DNA of 64,000 nucleotides from the human T2T-CHM13v2.0 reference genome, Homo sapiens. Within the stretch, counting starts at the first letter, position 1. Each line of letters begins with the position of its first letter. Shown in pieces: positions 1 to 15,453 of this stretch. A program made the translations under genes and the position numbers. Under the pieces are notes generated by a model. That model was given only the letters and a program-made list of their open reading frames with translations. It was not told where the DNA came from and made no database searches. The stretch lies in NCBI RefSeq assembly GCF_009914755.1, contig NC_060931.1; one strand, given 5' to 3'.

Positions 1-589
1 GGTGACCTAGCTCTCCTGCCCCAGAACAGCTGAGAGTTGCCACTGTGTTGGCAGCAACTCATCTTCCTTCCCCCTTTTGTTCTCATTTAAAACCAAGTTA
101 AAATATTTACAGTTTGAGGGTTGTAGATTTTTTAATAACTACACATAGAATTGAATAAGTACCTAGGAAGAATCCAGAACCAGACTACAAAATAAAAAAG
201 AAAGAATTTTTGGGTTACAAATACCATTTAAACTGCATCACAGTCATTCAACCAACAAAGAAGCCTGGCTGGCCAGCCTCAGATGTACTTCATTCCTCAC
301 GAGTGTGGATGTGGAAAATATATATACACATGACTCACTATTCTCTTGCTCAAGTTACCATTTTTGCCAATTGATGAGAAAAGATACTTCCAAGGAACCA
401 ATCATCCAAGGTATACAAAGGAATGGCTGCCTATTTCCTTTCATTCCCTATGTCCATTTACTAGTAGACAAGAAATGGGTCTTCTACCTGAATGACACCA
501 CCAAAATGGCTGGGGGAAGGGTCACCAAAGCTTTCTTAGCTTCAAAGTCAGTGGATGCCCTTCAGTCCCCATGGCTTTCTGGCACCTGA

Positions 590-2010
<1,421 letters not shown>

Positions 2011-2427
2011 AAGCTCCCAAGGGAACAAGAACCACAATCATTCAGAGTCTGAGGCACATCTCATGCAATGAGAAAACAGGTAAATACATAAATAAACAAA
2101 AGCTCTATAAAAAGACAACTAAAGAGCAGAATAAAAACAGAGGCAGAGTTTTGTTAAAATGTTATTTTCTTAAAAATAAGAAAAAATTTAAAGGATGATA
2201 AAGCCTCAATTAAGTTCAATGGAAAGAGTTAACTTCTGACATGCCCCTGTTCTTTTGGGACCCAAGGTTTTCAATACTCAACTGAAAAGATTTGATCAGA
2301 TTCAAGTAGCTGATGAAGAGCTGACAGTCCAGATGCGGCAATCATGTCCCCGTGACACTAATTATATTTCAGAATTAACATGAGTATGCAAAAAATGTCT
2401 TCTTATGACGTTTTAAAGATGACTCTA

Positions 2428-2750
<323 letters not shown>

Positions 2751-5559
2751 AACTGAATGACTATATTAAATTGAAGCTCTTTCAAGACAATCCAGATCTT
2801 TACAGAAGCTGCTGTTTCTACAGATAAGAAAATAACTGCCTTATCAGTAACAATTCGTTCCAACTTGAGAAATAATTAGGAAATTCAAAAGGCAGCGATT
2901 TATAAGCAGAAGGGGTAAGTGATAAAAAGTGGCATGGCCGGGTTATGTTACATTTAATATACTGCATGAAAATGTGGTTGAAATATCTTTTTATTCCAAA
3001 AACAACTACTGATTATCTACTATATATTTATACTTTTAAAAGTTCACCTCTATTTATATGTATAAGCAATGCTGCTTTCTAAGCGAAAGGTATTTATTTA
3101 AGTTACATAGTAGCTAAAAATTAGTCATACCAATATTGCTATTTTAATAATATGAAACAATTACATGTCTACTATTTGAGATGATGACTGTTATACTCCT
3201 AATACAAGAGTGCACAAATGCTCCCCAAATATCACAGTCTATTGAACTGCAGACGATTCCTTCCCAGTGATTTCAAACTAGCTGCAGTGCTTCAAGTAGC
3301 TTTATGGTTCATCAGGGCTGTGCCCTGATGCTACAAAATTAAAGTGAATAATATAAAATCATTACTTTAAGATATACAGACTGCATCATTTATATATATC
3401 TCCGTAGAGCCCTAATATTCTCTAACTTCTAACATAGACTGAAAAAACTAAATTTGTTAGGAAACTTGTTAGGAAACTTTAGCCACTTAAACTTCCATTC
3501 TAATGACCTAAAAACAAATTACTCTATTAGAATATAAACGTCCTTGATTAAACTTTAACATCTTGGAAATAATCTAAAAAAAATAAAAATCATCTGAGAA
3601 TGTGAAGAACGGAAAGAAATTTTGAGGAAGAGTCATCTTGTTTGGAAAGAAAATAATTTTGCCCATCCATGTCATCCCTGTTTAACAATGGAGCTTAAAT
3701 TTTCTGTATTTATGAGAATGCTTATAAATCAGTCTCTGCTTATTCATTAAAATATCCCTTCTTTTTTCCTTAACTTTTCCTCTAATCAAGAGTTTTTAAC
3801 CATCTCCCCCATAAGAGCATTTATATGCTGTAAACTTATGAGACCATAGAAAATGACCATTTGCAACTTCATTTGACCCCTAAAACCCTAGGCTGCTGTG
3901 CCTACTCTGTGCCTGAGACCAACAGCCCCGTGTGCATGGCTGACAGGTAAAAGGCTCAGATATTCACCCCGCTGTTGCACCCACCAGGACGGTAGAACCT
4001 CAACAGAGGCAGGGGCACGGAACGGCCTTTCCACCTACAGAAGACTTATTAGATAGACATTGGTTTTCTAAATCCTAACAACCTTTAAAAGCACAGGGAG
4101 GATTTGAAGGGTTTGCCTCCTAAGAGGCTGGCATACTGCTGATTCCTTGAGCTGTTTTCCTTTTGTTAAACTTCATCTTCTGCCTGTGCCTGCCACAAGC
4201 CCACGGACAATGGTAGAAGCCTGGCTCGCACACAGCACCAGACAGTGACTATGTACTCAAGACAGTTATTCACAATCTGGGAAATGTTCAAAACATTACT
4301 TCAATAAAAGGAAAAAAACAGGCTTTTGGTACAAATCATCTCTTTTATTCTCATGCCAGAGACCGTGCTGGATAGCAGATACACAGTGGTACACAAAACA
4401 AATGTGAACCTTGCACTTATTGAGCTTACAAATCACTGAAATACCGTTCAAGTTTAAGATAGTCACCTTCCGGGATGCTACAAATCCTGCAGTTGTCCCG
4501 TAGGGTGAGGTGGATGAACAGCAAATCTAGAGTTGGAGCTCATTTTCCCCAGAGCTTGCAATGCCCACATCCTACTGCTACTAAGAGAAAGTTAAATTTC
4601 TCTTAACAGTTCAGATCAACACCTTGGACAAGTTGCACTGTGGTCTCCCCAAGATGTCTTGAATGGTTGTTTACAATACTAAATTTGGCAGGTAAGACAG
4701 AAAACTAATGGGACCTTTTATATAAATCAAAACCAGTCTGAGCAATGGCATAAGGAGCCAACAAAGTTTCTCTTTCTAGTATTCACACTATCAATGAAGA
4801 ATTGCCAAGCACCTGCTATACACCAAACACTGCATTTGGTTCTGATACCCCTGTGAAACAATCCACTTTACTGGAATACCATTGTTAAAGAGAATAAACT
4901 TTTCTTTCCGTATATAAGTAATCTGAAATGAAAGACAACTAAATTTTCAAAATGGTGACACATAATGTGTGAAATATGATTTAAAAATTATTTGTTCTTA
5001 AACCAAGTAAATATTTTCCTTGCTTATACATATATCCAACAAAGATACAAAAGAAAGAGTGATAGAGAAAGAAAAGCAGAATGACCAAGTCACTGGATTA
5101 TTGCAAGGGAATAATGCAGAACAATTCAATAACTGCACTTAACAAAAAAGCAACTAATAGTACCAAACACCCAACATGATATAAAGAGAATTTAAAAAAA
5201 ATGGCCTGAATACAAGGTGTTTGTGTAGAGTCTGTGACCCCAGTACTTTGAACACAACTCTATTTTATACTTCAACACATTACATTACAAACCATTGTTT
5301 ATATGGCAAGTTCCACAAGTGACTTGACTTAAGAGCAGGGTCTGTGTTTCATTAATGTAATATCCCTAGCACATCCTTTGAGACTGTTTGCTGAAGGAGT
5401 AAGAAGCAATTACTAAATGAATACCAAACACATACTCTTCTGCATGGAGTCATCAAGGGCCATGTCACAGAGAAGATGACACCGATAATTTGCGTACGCA
5501 AAGACAAGAAAGTGCATTCCAACGAGAGCCAAAGAATGAAGTCTGGATACAGTGTAGGC

Positions 5560-6010
5560 GCAATGCAGGGGACCACTGTTACGACAGAAAGCAGAAGTCC
5601 TGAGTGCTGCCTAGAAGAGCTGTTTTATTCCACAGGCATCAAGGAGTCAGTCGAGTGTTTTCAGGGAGGGGAATAACAAAATCCTAGCACTGCTTTGGGA
5701 AGATTACTTGGGCAGCTGTGTGAAAAAGGGATTAGGGGAGACACAAGGCAGGGAGATCAGTTGGGTTTTACTGCAATAACCCAGGTGAGATTCAATAAAG
5801 ACATGAACAAGGATGATGGCAATATAAAGAACCAGCAAAGGAAAGAATGAGCTAAAAGAAGCATCAAGAGGATATACGGGGAATAATGGAGGCAGATGAT
5901 GGAGGATAAAACGTCACAGAGATGGAAGAAAACACTGAGGGTAGAAGAGAACAGGCCTTCTGAAGAGATAATATTCATCAGGAGTCTGGAAACACAGTCT
6001 TTGCAACTAG
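5560..6010 (-). mobile_element. L2 fragment
   Basis: ggagatcagttgggttttactgcaataacccaggtgaga is typical antisense L2. Boundaries approximate. Confidence 0.55.
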
Positions 6011-6588
6011 GCAAAGTATGACTTTTTCTTGGGCCCAATATTTAGATTAAAAAAGAGTAGGAGACTTCACCGTGTCTGGCCCAGTAGACCACACCAAAAA
6101 AGAAACAAGGACTTAAAAAGATAAGCTGTCAAATAATCAAAAGGGCTGTCCCACTGGCAGGACTTGGCTGGGAACAGTTCAGTGCTGTCTGTGGAGCCAG
6201 AACTCTGTGGAGAAGGGACAATCCCTTCCATTCACAAAACAGACATTTTCAAACATCATACAACCAAAATGATCTGAACTATTTTAAATGATAATTTAGC
6301 CTAGAAATAAACACTGATGTTTTAGTATCCAAATGGGTTTGGTAAAAAAAAAAATACAGCATCCTCTAGTAGTTGGCCATACCCTTAAGATTCCTAGTCC
6401 ACAGGGCATCTATCACTACAGTTCCAGAAAACAAAATTCTTCCTTTTTTCCCAGAGAACATTCCCTAGAGAGTATAATGAATTTTTTTTCTCTAACAGTA
6501 AGGCAACAGAAATGGGGTTGTCATCGCTGAGACTATATAACTAAAAAGGAAATTATAAGTATGTTAATATTCTGTAAAATTAAGTCTT

Positions 6589-6635
6589 AGATCCTTAGGC
6601 TCAGATCCTTAGGCTACCCTAATCCTAAGGATCTG
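6589..6635. repeat. Local direct plus inverted repeat
   Basis: agatccttaggct occurs twice, followed by the reverse complement cctaaggatctg. Confidence 0.9.
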
Positions 6636-7614
6636 CTATGCCACACCTTTGAGAACAAACTCCACTAATAAAAGCAGCTAAAGAAAGCCAAACATATAGC
6701 AGACCCATGAAGGCTGCAGAGCTTTCTGAACATCTCAGCAGGGCCCATAAATATCCCTGTTTAAGTTCTCAATATACAAGTAAATGATACCATCAATGAT
6801 AAAGGAAAAATCTGTTAGGAGTAAAGGTGTGTTCTTATTTTTCTCACTTTTATTTTTGATTTAATGATAGCTGCAGCAATGCTAATGCATTCTATTTATC
6901 TAAAATCTAAACATTTGAGAGAGTAAAGCCCTTGTTTTCCACATTAGTAAAGTCACTTACCTAAAAAGGGTGGGTAGTACAAATAATTTAAATAACTGAG
7001 ACCAAGTTATTAACCAAAGAGAAAATGCCTAATTTATTTTTCCAACATATGACGAAGAAAGACTACTTAACACTTCACAAATTTGACTCTACTTCCACCA
7101 CAGAAATTATTGTTATAATGCTCTCCAGTGTAAAAACACTGCTTTATCAATCCCCATTAAATCATTTTCCAAGCAGTCTCTCAAAACTTTTCAAAAGAAG
7201 CATCTTACAAGCCATGTTGCAATGTTGCTACATCGAAAAGACATTTCTGAAGTCAACTCACTAGACCTGCACTGGGATCGACTTCACACACCTAATTACT
7301 CAAGCTTAATAATGTTCTTAAAATACTATTTGTGTAATGTGATAAAAGATACCCACTCCTCCCAAATAAACACAGGAGCTGAGGGATAGGGAGGCAGCAA
7401 AATGGGTGTAAGAATGGGTGTGTCGCAGAAGCTTCTCTTTTTTTCCCCTTCGTTTTTCTTTCTTTCTTCCCTACCTCCCTTTCAGTTTGCCTACCCCATA
7501 TACAATTGAACATTATTAAAGCCAAACATATGAATAAATTCAAAAATAATAGTTCTTCAGGAAGTGTAGTAAACATGTTCAGTTGGACTCTTAGCTTGAT
7601 CCACCTTCTGATAA

Positions 7615-7820
7615 CGACTAATGTTTACTAAGCCTTATGTTACATATTTTACATGTATTCGTTCATACAATTCTCAAAACCATCATTGAAATCAGGTGTG
7701 ATTATGATCCACACTTTACAGATGAAGAAAGTGTGGTAACACACCAAACTAATGAACGTGTGGCAGGGCTGGCTGGCTGGCGTCTGACCCCAAGCCTGGC
7801 CTGCGTGCAGTGCTGCCACC
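7615..7820 (-). mobile_element. MIR
   Basis: MIR core ccacactttacagatgaagaaagtg. Confidence 0.7.
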
Positions 7821-8174
7821 TCCAGAACCCGTCAACCATCCTTCTGCTGGACATTACCGCCCCGCCAGAGTTTCTTCTCTAATCATTATATCACCACTGC
7901 TCTTTCTACATCCAATCTGGGATAGTAGATTCCACTAATGCAATGGGGTCAAGGGCTGGACAGGAGCTAAGGAAAGAAAATGGGAAATCAGTAGGTTCAA
8001 GGGACTCATTTTCGTGTAATTTTTTTTCTGGCAAGGTAAGAACTTCAGTATCTGTCACAATATCAAGGAATAAATTCTTCTCACAGTCCAGTGAGAATTT
8101 TTTTTTCTTGAGGAAAAGTGAAGACAATGTAAAAAGCAAAACTTTAAAACTTTAGAAGGACATACAAAGAATAT

Positions 8175-8978
8175 TGAAACAGGAAAAGTTCCCTCATCTC
8201 CTTCACAGGGCATGTGATGGGAGTGTGGCTCACTTCTTCGGTGCCCTGATGCTCAAACCCCTAGGAGGAACATGCAGATGGGTGGGCTGTGGTGCTCCTG
8301 ACCCCACGGCAGCATCTAGGGGTGAATGTTTAAGCTTCTGAAGCCCCAGTGGGGGTGTGTTACAGGATGCTCTTTTAGTTTAGCCTTCTGTAGGTGGCTT
8401 GTGTTAGTCAGCTCAATCAGACCCCCTGCTTTATAGCAAGGACAAAGGGCTTTCTGTATCCTAGGGTTTCTTGCCTTGAATCAGATCACACCTGGGCTTG
8501 GAGAATTACTGCAAGGTTTTATTGAGTGGTAGCTCTCAGCAGATGGGGGAGCCCGAAAGGAGACAGTTTTCTCCTGAAGTCTGGCCGCTCAGTAGCCCGG
8601 CCTCTCCTCCAACCTCCCAGGCCAAACTCTGTGTTGTTCTACCAGTTGATGGCCTACCAGCGTGCCGGTGTCTGCCGGTGCCTGTTGGCATGCTCTTCAA
8701 CCAATGTGCTCCTCTCAACATCCCGCTTGTGTGTTCTTCTGCTGATGTGCTCCTCTGGACGTCCAGCTGCTTGTGTCTCTGCCCACTAGGGCCTCAGGGG
8801 TTTTATAGGCACAGGATGGGGTGTGGCAGGACAGGGTGGTCTTGGGAAATGCAACATTTGGGCAGGAAAACAGGAATTCCTGTCCTCACCTGGGTCCTTA
8901 GGTATAGGCCCAGGGGTGGAGCCCTAGCCAGAGACACACCCTTCCCTTCCCAGCACTTCCTTGCCCCCCTTCCATATC
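8175..8978 (-). mobile_element. LTR1-family solo LTR (ERV1) inserted in an L1M fragment
   Basis: Minus strand begins gatatggaagggggg...ggctagggctccacccc, has TATA cctataaaaaccc and AATAAA (8518-8523), and ends tttca. L1M sequence gaatat|ctttacaac flanks both sides. Confidence 0.85.
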
Positions 8979-10935
8979 TTTACAACTTTGTAGAAGCAAA
9001 ATACAATTTTCCCTTAGAAGACACAAAACACACAAACTGTAAATGAGAAGACTGATACATATTTACTGCATTAAAATAAAAAATTTCTGAACCTAAAACA
9101 CCATAAATGGGAAACTGAAAGATAAGCCCACAGACTAGCAGACATTTGTCACTCTTCAAATAAGAAGTTGTGTCCAAACTTTCTATGCCTTCCACCCTGG
9201 AGGACAGCTCCCTATTCCCTGTCCCAGCACCAGGATCTGGTATTGATCAGACTTTTAAATGCTTTGCCAAGTTGATGGTTATAAAATGGTACCATATTGT
9301 CTTACTTCACATTTCCCTTATTATTCTGTGTTACTAAAGAAATCAAGGGTCTTTTCACATGGCTACTGGGCATTTGATGTTCTTCTGAGAAGCACCTGTT
9401 CATGTCATTTGCCCAATTTCATTCTGAGTTGTTTGGGTTTTCCTTATGGATCTGTAAGAGTTCCTTATGTAGGTAACATTTTAACAAAAATATATATACT
9501 CTTAAAACTTGGTACAAACACCTTCTAATTAAGCTTTTAAATAACTTAAAGATCAAAACGAGTGTACAAGCAAATGAAAAAAATTTCAGATTTAAAATAT
9601 TGAGTGTGAAAGTCAATGTCTCCCTAAAAGCAAATCGTAGTATTTCATTTAATAATAGGAAGACTGGTAAGTGTTAAATTTGACTTGGTAGCGACTTAAT
9701 TCTTCTGATTTTGAGCCATCACATGAGCCACCCCTGATCAATGTTATTTCTGCTTGTAAACAATGAATTTTTTAATTACAAATCAATTTAGAACTTTACA
9801 CATATACTGGCAAAGTATATAAACTAACACTTCTCAAGAGTAAACAGCCTCATTAGTAACCAGAAAAATACAAACTAAATTGATAAATTCCCATTTTCTA
9901 GAAATCTAAGTGGCAATGAATTTTCAAATAACAACAGCCAACACTGGTGATGCGATATAATGATAAACTCTCAGACTGCTGGCAGGAACATATTTTGGTA
10001 TAACCTAACTGCAGGGAAATGTAGCAATCTGCAATAGAACCCTAAAAATGTTTACAGCATCTGTCCAGGTGATTTCACCTCATAGAACTTATTCAAAGGA
10101 CAGAGTCAGTAACAAGATCCCCACCCCACCCAAAGATTTCACATCACTCACTATGTGTACAGGACACTGAAAAGTTGGTTCCTGGGCAACTTAAAGCAGT
10201 AACAAACCTGCTATTTTCTGTAAGAAACTCCTTCTATATAATTAGGGTAGAACTCACACACATGTCTGCCACTGAGCAATGAAAAGTGCCCTGAGTAATA
10301 TATTAATTTTTTTCCACATCAGTAAAGTGAAATCAGATTTTTAGATTACCCCATAGGGCATTTAATTCTTTTCCTCTGAGATGAAACTCCAGGCAACCAC
10401 TGATCTGCTTTCTTTGACTACAGATTTGTTTGCATTTTCTAGAATGTTATATAAATGCAAATGTTATAATATGTAGCCTTTTGAATCTGCCTTCTTTTAC
10501 TTAACACAATAGAGCTGAGATTCATCCATGCTTAGCACGGATCAATAGTTCATTCCTTTTTATTTTGAGTTGAATGACCATTGTTTAGATATACCACATT
10601 TTGTCTCTCCATTCACCTGCAAATGGACGTATAGATTGTTTCCAGTTTGGGACTATTACAAATAAAACTGATATGCATATTCATGTAGAAATCTTTGTAG
10701 GAGTATATTTTTTCATTCTCTAAGTTTAGAAAGGGTGGACTGTATGATAGGTGTATGTTTCATGTTTTAAAATTTTGCCAAACTGTTTTCCAAAGTTGTT
10801 ACACTATCGTACATCCACCAGCAGTGTATGAGAGTTCTAGTTCCTCCACATCCTAACCAATACTTGGTATGATTAGTCTTTGTAATTTTAGCCATTCTAA
10901 AGGTATATTTAGTGGTATGCATTATTCCATTTTAA
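8979..10935. mobile_element. Cluster of old L1M 3' fragments in both orientations
   Basis: Plus-strand pieces at about 8979-9170 and 9810-10110; minus-strand pieces at about 9170-9480 and 10385-10935 (ggcaaccactgatctgctttct..., gattgtttccagtttgggactattac). Confidence 0.75.
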
Positions 10936-11078
10936 TTAGTTTTAATATGATTTTTTCCTTGCTATAAATTAAACTTAAAAAAAGCTAAAGTGTTAACATT
11001 TAATAGCTGCCCATGGAAATAATGAAATTCATCTTAATAGAAGTATAAAATAAAGACTGGGCAACCAAATGACAAGAA

Positions 11079-11568
11079 TGTTGTGGAAGTATAGCCGCAC
11101 CAGAACAACATGGTTCAACTTCTGGGTGACAAAGTTGTGCGTTTTCAGTTGCCATGGACCCTCAGCTCATGTAACCTGAGCATGCCCAGATGAACCAAGC
11201 ATGCAACCACAGGGGGAATCTAAGAGCAGGATGAATTAAGAAGCGAACACCACCTAACAGGATCCAGGATCCAATCAGATGGAGCTCTAGCATCACCCCA
11301 AGTCAGGATCCAGTAAGATCAGACCTCCCGGCATCACCTCATTGCAAGATCCAGTCAGATCACACCTCATTATCATATGCTTATAAAACCTGACCCAGTC
11401 CCCAGCTCCGGGAGACACTGCTTTGAGAACTATCCCTGGTGTTCTCCCTACTTGTTACAAGCAATAAAATCCCTTTACTAAATACTAAATCTTACTAAAT
11501 CTCCTTGGTTGTGGTCATTGGGTTGATACCTAGCCCAACAATCAAACCAACCTCTTGTGTGGGTAACA
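11079..11568 (+). mobile_element. Solo LTR (ERVL-class, LTR32-like; subfamily uncertain)
   Basis: TG...CA ends, agaa flanking duplication, repeated gatcca(a/g)tcagat CCAAT-like units, TATA cttataaaa, AATAAA at about 11463. Confidence 0.8.
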
Positions 11569-12187
11569 AGAACTTCATGTCTTGAGTGGCTAGATGAAAA
11601 ATATCCATTAAGTATTCAACTATCCTAATATATCATGATCCTATTAAATGAAAAACATTAGAAATTATAGCCAAATAAATAAGTTCTAGAGCAGGTGAAT
11701 AAAACAAAGCTACACAAACAGAAAAACAGAGCTTGTTTAAGAAAGAAGTATACACTACCATTTTGAAGTATACCCTGTCATGGTTCCCAGAGACTAAGAA
11801 GTCTATTATTAACAAAACAAACTCAAGCTTAAAATTATTTATTGTTAAACCATATGCACAGACACTCATACTTTATCCACATATCTGGTCCATGACATCC
11901 GATTTACCATCATCCTTCTGGTTCATTTAGTTCCCTAAATACTCTGAACTCCAAAGTCAGTCACCACAAAGACACTCCCTTGAAAACACTCCATTCTTTT
12001 TCCTTTGGTCCTTTGGCTAAACCTGCCAAATAATTTGCTCCTATTGCATCTCACCATCCATTCTTTCCTCTCCACTCCCCTACTCCCAAGATACTACTAG
12101 ATAATTAACACAATATACATGAAGACAAGAAGTCCATGGTAAATGTTCCTCACCCTTTGGTGATTCCCTGTTTCATAAGAAGAATGT

Positions 12188-12495
<308 letters not shown>

Positions 12496-13966
12496 TCACT
12501 GTCTTAACTCCACTCTAACAACCTGGAAAATACACATTCACCTTTCCAGATTCACCTCAAATTTCACTTTCTACAGGTTCCCTGTCTCCCAACTGCAAAG
12601 GTGGAGATTCCTCCCCTAGGTCTACACCTTATTCATAATCCTTTTAAAGCTCTTACTTTGCAATAATGGCCTTGAACCACCAGAACTGAGAGTACCCTGT
12701 ACTGAAGAATGAAATCCAAAGGCTTCAGACAACTAAGCCCCAGTCTACTACCCAATTCCGAGTCATGTTCCACAAAGTTAAAATTACTTCAACCCTGACT
12801 TTGAAATATGTGAAATACCAGGGTAATTTCATTCAGTGAAGGAATATTTTCAGTTTTAGCTATTTAAGGGATATTTGCCTAAATGTAGTTACCACTGAAG
12901 GGTCAGATGTTAAAACATTCAGTAAGTATGACACTTTACTCTAAAAGAGAGAAGCATCCTTAATTCTGACCATGTTTTCTTAGCCACTTTGGTGCGTAGA
13001 AGCCATCAAAATTATCAAGTTATCTATAAATACTTAACCCACAAACTTGAGATTATTTTTTAATGCAGACAACTGGAAATATGACTTGCCTTGGCATCAT
13101 TTATCAGAAGTTAGAATGATTTCCATTTAAGTAATTTTCAATTCCTTTGACACATCTCTTATCACTCAAAATACGGGGTTCAAATATAGAAAACAAGTTC
13201 TTTAAACACACAAGAATCTGAGACCTGTCAATCAGTCTTAAACAAGTATTACAGGCACTGGCACACTTGAGCCAACAATGAACCACTTTGATCATATCAA
13301 AAAGATACATGCCCTGCTTGCCAATTAATGATGCCACATCTAGAACAGCATACTACAGATGGTATTTGCTTCAGGTCGATAAGTGAGTACCATTAGACCA
13401 AGAGTAGAGCAGGGTTCTTTGTTCAAGGATACATAGCTTAAGTTTATAGATCTGCTCCAAAGATTCTTTCAATGAACAGTCACCCAACATCACACTGGCC
13501 ACATTATGAATAAGCCCAAAAGAGTTAGGCTGTTTAGGTGAATAATGAATGTATGGCATCTGTATTAACTGTCAAAGAGATGGTCATGGCCATACAATTT
13601 CCTATAATGTACACACAATAATCCTGATATGGGAGAGGAAGGTATGAAAAAAACCTTGATTATCTGGAAAATAGTCTAAATATGTGAAACTGCAGATTTG
13701 GAACTATGGATTAGTTCAGCGAACTTCTATCAATTTCTTATTTCTATCAGTTCACCAGCTTTTATGTTGAGCACTGATGATGCAGAGATAAATTACACAA
13801 ACTGTCCTCAGGAAATTAGCATTCTATGTGGAAAATGACATTGAGGCATATAATTGTGACAAAAGTACCGTACGTTCAAGAAGTGGAGGAAAAAAAAAAA
13901 AAGCAAAGTGGAGGTAACACAAAGAAGGAGATGGTTAAGCCATGTAAAGGATAAAAAAAAAAAGTG

Positions 13967-14324
<358 letters not shown>

Positions 14325-14920
14325 TCACGATGATACTGTCAAAGAGAGAGGAGAGAAGGAAAATGATCATTTCTTTTGCTGAAACATGAAAAAAGAGATG
14401 GGTGATCCTCCAGACACTCATACATCAATCCAAAGCAAAGAGAAAAGAGGAGCTGATTTATATTAGAAATAAATTCTTCGCAGCCAAAGAAAGCAACAAA
14501 AGGTCAGCAATACAGTCCAAAAGATGGTCGAGTCCCAAAGTCCAGGGAGAAAAATGAAACCATCATCACTCACAGATGAGGAACCAGTCACAAAAACATG
14601 TTTTGAAACTCAGGTTAGGGAAGTGCCCTAATAAGAATGTTTCGCTACATAAGGGAGGTCTTGAATGTACAAGGAGATAAGGGTGGAAGAGTAGTGGGCA
14701 TGGAATACATAACCAGAACAGCTCAAGCCCAATTTACACACTTCCTTCCCTGATACCTTTTGCATCTGGAATGATCTTTTAAAGTCTCTTTAGCTTCTAA
14801 ACTTTGATGACTTTATACATTACCCATAGCAACTAGAAAATGTATGAGTATATATTAAAAACTTAAATACTGCTGAACATAAGGGTTACTTTCCAAAAGT
14901 AAGATTTAAGACTCTGATCT

Positions 14921-15453
14921 TATATTAGTCAGCTTGAACTGCCATAACAAAATATCATAGAGTGGCTTAAACAACAGAAATTCTCCTAGTTTTGGAGACT
15001 GGAGGTCCTCAATCTGCCAGTATGGTCACATTCTGGTGAGGGTTCTCTTCCTGGTTTGCAGACAGCCTTCCCGCTGTGTCCTTATATGGCCGGCAGGAAG
15101 GGGGAGGAAGGGAAGGTCTCTCCTGTCTCTTCTTATGTTGGCACTAATCTCATCTTGAGGACTCCACCCTCATGACCTCATCTAAATTGTTTTTAACTTG
15201 TTTTTGTTTTTAAGAGACACAGTCTTGCTCTGTCAACCAGGCTAGAGAGTGCAGTGGTGCAATTATAACTCACTGCAGCCTAGAACTCCTGGGCTCAAGT
15301 GACCCTCCTGTCGTAGCCTCCTGAGTTTACACCATGCCTGGCCCTCATCTAAATTTAATTACCCCCCAAGTCCCCAATTCTAAATACCATCACATTGAGG
15401 GTTAGGACCTCAACATATGAATTAGGAGGTGGGGAAGAATTCAGTCTACAGTA
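14921..15453 (-). mobile_element. MLT1A-type MaLR solo LTR, interrupted by an Alu monomer
   Basis: tatattagtc...gccataacaaaatatcataga...ccatcacattgagggttaggacctcaacatatgaatt. TSD gatct / gctct. Confidence 0.85.
15189..15343 (-). mobile_element. FLAM/AluJ monomer nested in MLT1A
   Basis: Monomer with TSD ctcatctaaatt on both sides. Confidence 0.9.

Noticed and set aside
8498-9046. 182-aa ORF as a novel gene
   Set aside because: It is the antisense reading of the GC-rich LTR1 solo LTR running into L1M; no env/gag motifs.
11255-11365. Repeated gatcca(a/g)tcagat units as a CRISPR-like array
   Set aside because: Eukaryotic DNA; these are degenerate internal repeats of the LTR U3 region.
13390-13601. 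Extra VPS41 coding exon (tatag|G ... ATG|gtactc)
   Set aside because: Stops in all three frames, weak donor, no match to the VPS41 protein.
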